Source of the DNA: a virus
Taxonomy: Duplodnaviria; Heunggongvirae; Uroviricota; Caudoviricetes
Virus record (IMG/VR): IMGVR_UViG_3300045988_154803
Reading direction: 5' to 3' (one strand)
DNA: 48,828 nt
Below, piece after piece: positions 1-7,879 of this stretch; position 1 is the first letter of the stretch, and the number at the start of each line of letters is the position of its first letter. The notes under the pieces were generated by a model. It had not been told where the DNA came from. It did no database searches and was given only the letters and a program-made list of their open reading frames with translations. A program made the position numbers and the translations under genes.

Positions 1-51
1 AGATCTACACCTATTAAGTCGTCGGCAGCGTCAGATGTGTATAAGAGACAG
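1..51. other. Sequencing adapter remnant (Illumina P5 tail AGATCTACAC + 8-nt index-like CTATTAAG + Nextera read-1/Tn5 mosaic end TCGTCGGCAGCGTCAGATGTGTATAAGAGACAG); not biological
   Basis: Exact match to the canonical Nextera read-1 adapter and ME sequence as known; genomic sequence resumes at base 52. Confidence 0.9.
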
Positions 52-109
52 ATATAATTCTATGACACTTGCCAGAGAGCATCATGCAATTGGATACCTC
101 CATTGCACT
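52..109. repeat. Terminal overlap: identical to 48771-48828 (circular contig closure)
   Basis: Direct comparison of the first post-adapter 58 bases with the last 58 bases of the window. Confidence 0.9.
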
Positions 110-647
110 GGTTGCCCCAGCCATGCCAGCCATCAGGTAAATCACCGCGAGCAAACAGCTCAATACGAGGAACATCACCTAACAGCCTTACCAGCTTGTC
201 ACGGACCACATCAGGCTTCCGAGAATGCTCCAGACGAGGCGATGTAAACGACTGAATGATCCCCGCATCAAGACGTGTCGGTAGTTTGCCTTTCACTGCA
301 AACAAGCAATCTTCACTGTTTGCACGAGTCATATGCCCCATCCCCATCACCAGCTTATCTGGTTGTCGGCTACCACATTTGTTCCATGTGAAGCCCTTCA
401 TGGTCATCAGCCTGAATCCCCATGCTTTCACCACCAGCAACGCTTCTTCTGGCTGAGTCGGAACCCACCACATGGCCAACAAACACGATTCAGGATTAGC
501 AAGCTGCCAGACAGGAATACGAGCAATCTCCTCAGCTTTCATCGTTGGATACTTAAAACCAGCGCCACGATTCCCATCCTTACACTTGTCTTTGTATTCC
601 CAGGGGGGATCTGCATAAATCAGATTAAACAATGCAATTGCCTCCAT
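60..647 (-). CDS. MT-A70 family (Dam-like) N6-adenine DNA methyltransferase
   Basis: 195 aa; catalytic DPPW motif in context LIYADPPWEY typical of MT-A70-type adenine methyltransferases. Confidence 0.65.
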   Translation of the reverse strand: MEAIALFNLIYADPPWEYKDKCKDGNRGAGFKYPTMKAEEIARIPVWQLANPESCLLAMWWVPTQPEEALLVVKAWGFRLMTMKGFTWNKCGSRQPDKLVMGMGHMTRANSEDCLFAVKGKLPTRLDAGIIQSFTSPRLEHSRKPDVVRDKLVRLLGDVPRIELFARGDLPDGWHGWGNQCNGGIQLHDALWQVS

Positions 648-955
648 GTTAGTTGTGCCTCCGGCGCTTATCTCCGGCAGTCATAACGCTGGTCAGCCCT
701 ACAGCAAACACAACGAAAAGGGCACTAACCAGACTGATTAATGCCCTTGCCTGTTGTGTGCCGGATATCGCCCGACAACGCTGTTTTGGTAACACGGCTA
801 CAGTTCCGCGCCGCTCCAGCTTTTACCCCTTTGCGGATAACAGGCCCTGCCTGTAACTTAGCCCCACGTTCGCCCGAAATGCGCACCAGGCACGCATAAA
901 GATGAGCACGAAGGAAGTAACTCCACCGCGCTTATCTTTATGTGTGAGAGTGAAT

Positions 956-1031
956 TGGTGGCCCCTACCGGATTTGAACCGATGACCGTGCGATTATGAG
1001 TCGCCTGCTCTAACCACTGAGCTAAGGGGCC
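956..1031 (-). tRNA. tRNA with CAU anticodon, ileX/ileY-like (probable tRNA-Ile2 reading AUA after lysidine modification; tRNA-Met not excluded)
   Basis: 76-nt cloverleaf read by hand: acceptor GGCCCCU/AGGGGCC, D arm GCUC-AGUGGUU-AGAGC, anticodon loop CUCAUAA, T arm AUCGG-UUCAAAU-CCGGU, 3' CCA; 5' half matches E. coli ileX as recalled. Confidence 0.85.
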
Positions 1032-1041
1032 ATATTTGATC

Positions 1042-1124
1042 TGTTTGTCTGGTGTGGCGCCGCGCACGAAAATCCCAGCCAATAAATTCAGGATTTTTGG
1101 GCGCGGCGGCATATCAGACAAACA
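1042..1124. repeat. Large imperfect inverted repeat (two ~34-bp arms, ~15-nt spacer) between lysis cassette and tRNA
   Basis: Arm tgtttgtctggtgtggcgccgcgcacgaaaatcc vs reverse complement of ggatttttgggcgcggcggcatatcagacaaaca; about 29 of 34 positions pair. Confidence 0.6.
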
Positions 1125-1200
1125 TGGTTGATGCGTGCGCTCATGAGAAAAGCGCATAGAATGTTGTAACTATATATTTATATAATTATAGAAATATATA

Positions 1201-1410
1201 TTACTTGGGGCAGTTGATTTCCCATGCCCTGTTATGAGCCAGAATATCTTTCTTTGTCTGGCGGTCCATAACATCGATATCGTGATCAGTCAGGTAGATG
1301 GGCTTTACCCAATCACAGGCGGTATCAACCACCACCGGGACGCTTCCACGACTCCCGCAGCTCGCGATCAACATCGTCATCAGCCATATGGTTAACACTC
1401 TGCTGTACAT
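1201..1410 (-). CDS. o-spanin (Rz1-like outer-membrane lipoprotein); true start probably internal (MTMLIASCG)
   Basis: Lipobox LIASC followed by short Pro-rich periplasmic segment; overlaps 3' end of the i-spanin in another frame. Confidence 0.55.
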   Translation of the reverse strand: MYSRVLTIWLMTMLIASCGSRGSVPVVVDTACDWVKPIYLTDHDIDVMDRQTKKDILAHNRAWEINCPK

Positions 1411-1603
1411 TCCCCACCTCTTTTGTCACTTCTATACGCCGCTCCGCAGTGGCTTTTACGGCGGCTGCATTCTCATTAATGCGCTGCTTTTCAGCTTCAT
1501 CTTCGGCCTTTTCTCGCCCCTTCATACGACCAAAACCAAATGCGCCGAATGCAACCAATATAATGGTGCCGATAAATGACAAAACGGCTTTCAAACCAGT
1601 CAT
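1325..1603 (-). CDS. i-spanin (Rz-like, N-terminal TM helix plus charged coiled-coil segment)
   Basis: 92 aa; hydrophobic N-terminus IGTIILVAFGAFGF then K/E-rich helix; directly downstream of endolysin. Confidence 0.5.
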   Translation of the reverse strand: MTGLKAVLSFIGTIILVAFGAFGFGRMKGREKAEDEAEKQRINENAAAVKATAERRIEVTKEVGNVQQSVNHMADDDVDRELRESWKRPGGG

Positions 1604-2142
1604 ACCACCACTCGCTCTTTCATCCAGCCATAGACAAACGACTCATTTGCTTCGCGTTTCTCCGCCAGGTCCAGATAACGGTCGCCCTGCGTACAGTTAA
1701 GGGCCGTCAGCATTACCCGTTCGCCGTCTTTTCCCCGATTCCCAAGATAAGCACGTAATGCCGCAATGGTGCGCGGGCCGATTCGCCCATCCACATCCAT
1801 ATCTGGATACAACTTCCCGCCACGGTTGAAAACATTCAGCCAACGTTGAAGCATCTTCGTAGCCACAGTCGGCCCCATGTTGACGCCCGTATCGCACATC
1901 TCAGCCGCAATATCAGGGGAAAATTGCGCCACCTGGTCAAAACGAGGCCCATACCAATAATCACCTTCAAGAATCATCAGAGCCTGTTCTCGCGTCAGAT
2001 CTCGCATATCGCCACGGTATCCGTGAGCACGGGCAGTATTCTGAGTGATGCCCCACATTGTTGGGCCTCCCTTGTCGTCAGGGTGATCAACATAACCGCC
2101 CTCTTTTCCAAGAATGCTGTTAAAAATCTCATCTTTGGTCAT
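1600..2142 (-). CDS. Endolysin, GH108-type muramidase with C-terminal peptidoglycan-binding domain
   Basis: N-terminal GGYVDHPDDKGGPTMWGIT signature of GH108; C-terminal region resembles PG_binding_3. Confidence 0.85.
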   Translation of the reverse strand: MTKDEIFNSILGKEGGYVDHPDDKGGPTMWGITQNTARAHGYRGDMRDLTREQALMILEGDYWYGPRFDQVAQFSPDIAAEMCDTGVNMGPTVATKMLQRWLNVFNRGGKLYPDMDVDGRIGPRTIAALRAYLGNRGKDGERVMLTALNCTQGDRYLDLAEKREANESFVYGWMKERVVV

Positions 2143-2461
2143 GATTAAATCCTAATGCGTCAACTATCCGCGCCAGATTGCCCCTGAAATACAGAACAAC
2201 GATGCAGATAATCAGATTTCCAATAACCACCAGCCAGTGGGATTCTTGATAAAGACCGAACACATAACGGAAGGGAACATTGGCGTATACAATGACGTAG
2301 ATATAAGCCAGAAAGGAAACAAATGGACGATGCCTGGAGTCTTTCCGTCGATAAAGCATCAGCGCCATTACTATTACTGTGCAAAGCACCGCATTAATCA
2401 GTGCTGACGGGTCACTGCTTACCATTTGAACCCCCTCCACGTAAGCGGGAAAGCATTCCAA
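2129..2461 (-). CDS. Lysis-associated membrane protein (holin/antiholin candidate)
   Basis: 110 aa, multiple hydrophobic helices; located between holin candidate and endolysin. Confidence 0.4.
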   Translation of the reverse strand: MECFPAYVEGVQMVSSDPSALINAVLCTVIVMALMLYRRKDSRHRPFVSFLAYIYVIVYANVPFRYVFGLYQESHWLVVIGNLIICIVVLYFRGNLARIVDALGFNHDQR

Positions 2462-2807
2462 AGATGCTACCGAGATCCTGGCTGTTTACGAACGTGAGGA
2501 TTTTAATGGTCAATGCAGCCACAATAACCGCACCAAGCGCATCCAGAGGACGATCGTTGTAGCTGGTCCATTTGGCAAGAAATGAGCCAACTAACGGCGC
2601 TCCAATCACTCCAACAATGAACGATGTAAAGAAATAGCCAATCAGCTTGAGACGGCTAATATTCACCGCTGTAGCAACATAGAAAACAGCGCCAGCAAAT
2701 GCCCCGAATACAACGCCGTAATCAATACCAGTTGCAATACCAAAAACGCTGGCACCCATCAGGCCACCAGCAGCAACGGCCGTACCGGAAATTGGTTCTG
2801 CTGACAT
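2412..2807 (-). CDS. Putative holin
   Basis: 131 aa, Gly/Ala-rich predicted TM helices, first gene of lysis cassette. Confidence 0.5.
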   Translation of the reverse strand: MSAEPISGTAVAAGGLMGASVFGIATGIDYGVVFGAFAGAVFYVATAVNISRLKLIGYFFTSFIVGVIGAPLVGSFLAKWTSYNDRPLDALGAVIVAALTIKILTFVNSQDLGSIFGMLSRLRGGGSNGKQ

Positions 2808-2819
2808 TGAAATCCTCGT

Positions 2820-2852
2820 TAAAAAAAAAGCCCCGCCGAAAAAGGCAGGGCT
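2820..2852 (-). terminator. Intrinsic terminator (hairpin plus U9 on minus strand) immediately upstream of holin RBS
   Basis: Minus-strand reading gccctgcc-ttttt-cggcggggc followed by nine T; only ~13 nt before holin start. Confidence 0.65.
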
Positions 2853-3193
2853 TCATAAAGCAACAAATTACGCGGTAATCGCTTAACGCAGTTTTACTAC
2901 GTTAAATGAAACACTACACCCAGTTACCATCTAAAACAAGGTTTTCTCATAAAAAAACCTTCAAATCGTGGTTAATCGATCAATAAAAAAACAATACTCA
3001 ACTTTTTGCCAAACGAACATCCCGGCCAGGACTTCCATAATATTCGCCGATATGCCACTGCTTAAGTTGAGTAATCTTCTCCAACTTAACTCCCATAGAG
3101 TCCAGTTTCTGCCATGTTTTCGGTTGTATGTGCTTCATTATCCGCTCTGAATATCTGAATACTGCTCGTAATCGCATGGCTTCTCACTACAGC

Positions 3194-3637
3194 TTATATA
3201 TGTTCACGACTGGACTTCCAGAATATCCACGCCAGATCAACATTCGGGTCCTGGTAATTCATCCCTTCGTTGGCACGAAGCAATAATGTTTCATGGTCTT
3301 TATCACCCGCATGAAACCTGACAAGTGCTTCGAACTTTTCGCGACCATCATCCGGCACTACCGGCTCTGGTTGGATAGTGACGTTGGCAAAGGCAGCACG
3401 CAAACCGGCCTTAATTTCCTCTACTTCATCAGCGCCTAGCGATGAATCTGACAATGCGTGATGGAATGCGTAAGCCATGTCGTCGTTTACTGCAACCGGC
3501 TCGACTTCCAGCGCTGCCAGAGCAATTCGTGCCAGTTCTTCCGCTTCTTCTGCTGGCAGTACAACGTTGCTACTAGGTCCGTATGTTTCGCGCCACTGCT
3601 TGATTGTCAGTAGTCGCTCTTTGGTAATAGTAATCAT
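3194..3637 (-). CDS. Hypothetical acidic protein
   Basis: 147-aa ORF in early operon; no motif recognised. Confidence 0.45.
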   Translation of the reverse strand: MITITKERLLTIKQWRETYGPSSNVVLPAEEAEELARIALAALEVEPVAVNDDMAYAFHHALSDSSLGADEVEEIKAGLRAAFANVTIQPEPVVPDDGREKFEALVRFHAGDKDHETLLLRANEGMNYQDPNVDLAWIFWKSSREHI

Positions 3638-4227
3638 GCCGCGTTTCCTTCTTTCTTATTAACAATTACACCGTCATATATTTCATTAAGGTGCCCTCTC
3701 AACTCCATGCGCCTTAATGCAGATAACATGTAATCGCATTCAACCTGCTTATTTCCAGTAAATGGCTTATCGTCAGGATTACCCCAACAGCAATTTCCCT
3801 TGGGCCACCCATGTACTTTCCGTACTCTTCCGTTAACAACGTGAAGTAATCCCCAGCCGGGAGGTAAATCCTCAACTGAAATAATTCCCGGCTCACTAAT
3901 AAAGAATCGCCAGTCGCCCATGCCAAGTGAGGGATTTTTACGGAAACGCTTTTTGCTATCTGCCAACAAGTCAGCACGAGAACACTTTGCCTCTATCAGG
4001 CATGATGCTGAATTTCTGAATCCCATAGCATCTGGCTGTTCTCCGGTACTGGTTACAGCTATAAAGCGGTCATGAAAGCAAACCTTGAACCCGTTGCGCT
4101 TAAGGAACTTGTACGCAATCTGACAGAGTTCGCGGTGTGTTAACGCCATCTCACTCTCCTTTAGTGCGCAGATAACAGTGGTTTTTCCAGCGGTTTTGCG
4201 CCGCGCTGGGCTTTTTGCAAAAACCAC
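3634..4227 (-). CDS. Hypothetical protein, possible PD-(D/E)XK nuclease-like
   Basis: 197 aa; PDAMGF ... LIEAK arrangement resembles PD-(D/E)xK core; several Cys near C-terminus. Confidence 0.35.
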   Translation of the reverse strand: MVFAKSPARRKTAGKTTVICALKESEMALTHRELCQIAYKFLKRNGFKVCFHDRFIAVTSTGEQPDAMGFRNSASCLIEAKCSRADLLADSKKRFRKNPSLGMGDWRFFISEPGIISVEDLPPGWGLLHVVNGRVRKVHGWPKGNCCWGNPDDKPFTGNKQVECDYMLSALRRMELRGHLNEIYDGVIVNKKEGNAA

Positions 4228-4331
4228 AATCCATCATCCCGTAATGTTTCATTAACCCCATCCGTCGGTTGCTGAGTCTCACCCACTGCCAGACGCCAGG
4301 AGCGTTTCTACGAACTAACAGAATCTTTGCT

Positions 4332-4619
4332 TTACGGTTTTTCATCGTTTGCCCCCTGCTTTTCTGCCCTTAACACCATGCGAGAACCATCATCCAGCTC
4401 CCAATTGATTTCACCGCCTTCTGCCATGACAAGATGCCAAACGAGTTGTGCGGCCTCGTTGGTTACATCACGACCGCGATCATTGCCTACACGGCGTTTT
4501 GTTCCGTCACCTAAATCGCGCATTTTGGCCAACACGATGGTTTTTGATAGCGGTGAAAAACCAAGCTGTAGCCGTGCGGAATTACTCACTGTTTGCCCCC
4601 TGAATACGTTTAAACTCAA
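4332..4619 (-). CDS. Hypothetical protein
   Basis: 95-aa ORF, codirectional in operon. Confidence 0.3.
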   Translation of the reverse strand: MSLNVFRGQTVSNSARLQLGFSPLSKTIVLAKMRDLGDGTKRRVGNDRGRDVTNEAAQLVWHLVMAEGGEINWELDDGSRMVLRAEKQGANDEKP

Positions 4620-5274
4620 TTACCCATACCCACGGGTTAGATAGCCAGTTCTCTTGCCCGTAAATACCGCGCCAGATATCACCAAAACCAACACGATAAA
4701 CAGCTTCCGGCGGCGTAATCTTGTACGTTGCCGGAGATGCGCCTTCCGCTTTGGCATCTGCCTCGCTCATGTCATGCAGCCGCTCCACACGCACGTCGGT
4801 AATTTCCAGCAAAATTCGCGATGCCCATCTCGGCATGTGAATTGACGGGGTCCAGCCCTCAGATGGCTTGCTACTATCTGAGTAATCAGCCTTGTAATCA
4901 CACAGTTCAGAAGCCAGAGAGACACCATCTTTGATTTCCTGAATAACATCGTCATCCAGCCAAAAAGCGTTGAATGTCTCACGTACCCATATGCGATCAC
5001 CAACGTTACCGAACGGGCATAAGCCATGCTCAGGTGCATCCATAACGTGGGTATAGACACCATTGCGTTTCTTTGTCGGTTTACTGATAACCAGGCAGTT
5101 ATCGGCCCTGACATTTTTTACAGGTCGACGAGTCTGCGTCTTCCTGCCTTCGAGGATGGCTCGGACCATCTCATCATTAAAAATCATGCCGCGCTCTTTC
5201 ACCTTGCTCACTTCAACTCCTCCCGACGACGTTCCTGAAGCTCTAGCATTGCAGCTCGGAAATCCTGCCACCAT
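4582..5274 (-). CDS. Hypothetical phage protein (possible ASCH/PUA-like fold); start probably internal at MIFNDEM
   Basis: Motif MIFNDEMVRAILEGRKTQTRR recalled from ASCH-like phage proteins. Confidence 0.45.
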   Translation of the reverse strand: MVAGFPSCNARASGTSSGGVEVSKVKERGMIFNDEMVRAILEGRKTQTRRPVKNVRADNCLVISKPTKKRNGVYTHVMDAPEHGLCPFGNVGDRIWVRETFNAFWLDDDVIQEIKDGVSLASELCDYKADYSDSSKPSEGWTPSIHMPRWASRILLEITDVRVERLHDMSEADAKAEGASPATYKITPPEAVYRVGFGDIWRGIYGQENWLSNPWVWVIEFKRIQGANSE

Positions 5275-5573
5275 TCCTCATCTGCAACGGGGGTGTTTCG
5301 CTCCAGCACCTTGTCCGCATCAGCGATCAGGTTTGCCAGACTATTGTCTGAAATCTTCGTTACCGGAGTCGTTGGTTGCTCAACCTGCCCGATAGGTTTT
5401 ATCGTGCTCAAAAGGAGGCGACGGCGGGAAAGTGGTGCCCCACAACGACGGCCATCTTCCTTGCGATATGTTTCTTTCGGACCAACACACCAGGTTGTCG
5501 GCGTTTCACGCAACTTCACTCTTTTCTCACCATCATTGGTAATGATTATTCCGGTATGGGTTTTGATGCTCAT
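5208..5573 (-). CDS. Hypothetical protein
   Basis: 121-aa ORF; overlaps neighbour in a different frame. Confidence 0.35.
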   Translation of the reverse strand: MSIKTHTGIIITNDGEKRVKLRETPTTWCVGPKETYRKEDGRRCGAPLSRRRLLLSTIKPIGQVEQPTTPVTKISDNSLANLIADADKVLERNTPVADEEWWQDFRAAMLELQERRREELK

Positions 5574-5872
5574 GCCACAGCCCCTCTCAACGGCTTAACT
5601 TTGGCTAATAAGGTGTTAAACAACATGGAGTTAGGATTCATGCCAAATGGCAATTCCGGTTTAGCGGAGTAGTACAGGCAACCATTTATTTTCCTGGTTG
5701 TTATCTGTCCTTCGGCAACCATGCTTCTCAGTCTGCAACGCATAGAGTTCTGCGACACACCAATGTGCTCCGCGATTACGTCCACTTTTGAACATGGGTG
5801 ATCGGTCAGGAAATTAATCACATCTTGGGGGTTAATAATTTTGCGTTTCATTGTCGAGGCGTCCTTATACAT
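5570..5872 (-). CDS. Small winged-helix-like DNA-binding protein (candidate regulator)
   Basis: 100 aa; helix-turn-helix-like VIAEHIGVSQNSMRCRLRSMVAEG; preceded by AT palindrome promoter. Confidence 0.4.
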   Translation of the reverse strand: MYKDASTMKRKIINPQDVINFLTDHPCSKVDVIAEHIGVSQNSMRCRLRSMVAEGQITTRKINGCLYYSAKPELPFGMNPNSMLFNTLLAKVKPLRGAVA

Positions 5873-5897
5873 TTATATAAATATATAATTCTATATA

Positions 5898-5917
5898 CGG
5901 CGGGAGACGTCCCGCCG
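5898..5917 (-). terminator. Hairpin terminator after DUF3560-like gene
   Basis: cggcggga-gacg-tcccgccg perfect 8-bp stem followed by AT-rich palindromic tract. Confidence 0.45.
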
Positions 5918-5928
5918 TAGGCTTACTG

Positions 5929-6996
5929 TCAGGCTTTCAATAGCGATTCTTTTAGATATCGGGCATCAGCCAGGGCGTTTGGAGTAATCTTGCGAACCCA
6001 TGCATTACGGGTTGGACTCCACTTAAAGGCGCGTGATTTAAGCAGCGAACGAATGTTTGCCTCTGGTTTGCCAGGGAAATAAAACAGGATGCGGTTATCC
6101 TCTGGATCTATCTCCATAGAAAAGCCGTCGTATTCTTCGCGCTGTGCTCCTGTTACAGACTTGACCGATTCAAGCTCCTTAATACGGCTCTGTAGTCGTT
6201 TGATTTCGGCGTTATTGTTGCTCAGTGCGTATGAAGGGAATCCGATGCGCCCACAGAAATCTCCGGCCAGTAACTCTTTGGCTTCGCTTTCTGTAAACCT
6301 GAGATCGATTAATGCAGAAAGCTGCTGTAATTGGTCTTTTTTGTATTTGCGAATGGCCTTATTTGCGGCCTTCATTTTGACGTGTGACTTCATGCAGCCT
6401 TGCAGCTTACGAAGCAACTTAAATAGCGCATCAGGATCATCAGACGAAATTCCATTACGACCAACACCTGCGGCTTTGCTCTCGTAGTGTGATGCTTTAC
6501 TTTCGCATTCAACAAACGCTTTTCTTAATAACGCATCAGCTTTAGACAAACGGCGGCGATGGCCTTTCGCGCTATAATGGTCAACTAAAATCGGCTGGCC
6601 TAACGGGATCACATCCAACAGGTCATGCGCTCGCTTATGCGCTACCGCACCTTCTTTTCTGGCTTTTTCTGCACGAGCAATATATCGGGCAAGACGCGCG
6701 TTCTGGCGTTCCTGATAGGTGTTTACGTAATCATCTCCGCGCTGCTGCTGTTCAAGCCATGCTTTGCGCAGATCTTCTGTTACGTCCACCAGCTCCGCAG
6801 GGATACAACCAGTTTGGGCTTCATAAGAGTAACCATCCTCATAGATGCGCCCATCGTCTTCAACAAAGAAAAAGGTTTCGTGCTCATCGCTTTTGACCAT
6901 ACGACCATTAACATGGCGTAATAGGTAGCCAGTATCAGTGCTTAACAGGCTGTTAGGGTTGTTGATCCAGTCAGAAATAATTTCTTGTTTATTCAT
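5929..6996 (-). CDS. DUF3560-like protein (unknown function; family seen on plasmids)
   Basis: 355 aa; motif GQPILVDHYSAKGHRRR recalled from DUF3560; first gene after leader cassette A. Confidence 0.5.
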   Translation of the reverse strand: MNKQEIISDWINNPNSLLSTDTGYLLRHVNGRMVKSDEHETFFFVEDDGRIYEDGYSYEAQTGCIPAELVDVTEDLRKAWLEQQQRGDDYVNTYQERQNARLARYIARAEKARKEGAVAHKRAHDLLDVIPLGQPILVDHYSAKGHRRRLSKADALLRKAFVECESKASHYESKAAGVGRNGISSDDPDALFKLLRKLQGCMKSHVKMKAANKAIRKYKKDQLQQLSALIDLRFTESEAKELLAGDFCGRIGFPSYALSNNNAEIKRLQSRIKELESVKSVTGAQREEYDGFSMEIDPEDNRILFYFPGKPEANIRSLLKSRAFKWSPTRNAWVRKITPNALADARYLKESLLKA

Positions 6997-7112
6997 CAGA
7001 TTTCTCCGGTTTAACCAGGGCGGGTATCGCTCGGTTTCGGGTATAACCTTAGGAAATTTTTTCCCACCTGTAAAGCGCTTTTTATATAAATCTATAATTA
7101 TATATTTATAGA
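6997..7112 (-). promoter_or_regulatory. Conserved promoter/5' leader cassette, copy A
   Basis: Near-identical to 16461-16580 and 48667-48785; ends at the start codon with GGAG RBS; contains TATAATTATA palindrome. Confidence 0.6.
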
Positions 7113-7165
7113 TTTTCGATGTTACCGATGTCTACACACCATCAAAACAGCTCAAAATGACACTT

Positions 7166-7543
7166 TTACTCTCTTCGCTTTTTCAAATAGTCGACAACAT
7201 ACGCCCTGGCTTTTGCCAGCTTCCGGCGATACTGTCTGAGACTAAGAGAAAGGGCGTGGGCTTTATCAATATGCGGTGCATTTATGTCGAGGCCCCGAAT
7301 CTCCCACGCCCCGTATTCAATTCGGACAACCAGCGCCGCAGTCTCATCAACTACCGTGAGGGCCGTCACCGCTCCCTCGATACTGGTTTCCAGTGAGTCA
7401 TTTGGTGCGCCGCCCCCTCCGGTAAACTGGCAGCGCGTAACCATCATCATTTCTAACATCGACGCGAAACCGCTACGGGCGTTGCAGCCATTGCGCACCC
7501 ACAGCGCCCATAGCTCAAACAAGCTATCCAGATCGCGTCTCAC
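7166..7543 (-). CDS. Possible Q-like antiterminator (Phage_antitermQ-like)
   Basis: 125 aa; N-terminal LFELWALWV resembles LERWGAWA start of small Q-family proteins (recalled); sits immediately upstream of leader cassette A. Confidence 0.4.
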   Translation of the reverse strand: MRRDLDSLFELWALWVRNGCNARSGFASMLEMMMVTRCQFTGGGGAPNDSLETSIEGAVTALTVVDETAALVVRIEYGAWEIRGLDINAPHIDKAHALSLSLRQYRRKLAKARAYVVDYLKKRRE

Positions 7544-7546
7544 TGT

Positions 7547-7879
7547 TCAGATCTCCCGTATCGTGACGGGATAAAGCGCCTCTACCTGCTTTTTCTTCAT
7601 GATGTAGACGTCTGTTCGCACACCTTTAGTGTCGACACAATCAATCGTCCCATCGTCATAAAACACCATGAAATCAAGTTTATAAACGACACCACCTGGC
7701 AGATGAAAAGGCACCTGCATAAGAAACGTCACAACGCGGCCAGCTTTTCTCAGTAGCTTCAGTTCGCAGTAGTAATCAGCCTCTTTTTTGCTATCAAAAG
7801 AGATATCATCGACAACAGTTTTTTTATTGCCGTATTTGCTTTTCCTGGTCGCTGGTTTGCGAAAGCCGGTATATCTCAT
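7547..7879 (-). CDS. DUF1064 family protein (PD-(D/E)XK-like)
   Basis: SKYGNKKTVVDDISFDSKKEADYY signature typical of DUF1064. Confidence 0.6.
   Translation of the reverse strand: MRYTGFRKPATRKSKYGNKKTVVDDISFDSKKEADYYCELKLLRKAGRVVTFLMQVPFHLPGGVVYKLDFMVFYDDGTIDCVDTKGVRTDVYIMKKKQVEALYPVTIREI

Noticed and set aside
35-247. Plus-strand 70-aa ORF at the very start of the window
   Set aside because: Begins inside the sequencing adapter and lies antisense to the MT-A70 methyltransferase gene; artefact.
956-1031. tRNA-Met as the identity of the CAU-anticodon tRNA
   Set aside because: Acceptor, D and anticodon arms match ileX rather than metT/metZ as I recall them; kept as probable tRNA-Ile2 with Met not formally excluded.
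858-1157. 99-aa minus-strand ORF
   Set aside because: Overlaps the tRNA gene and the large palindrome; its translation simply reads through structured RNA sequence.
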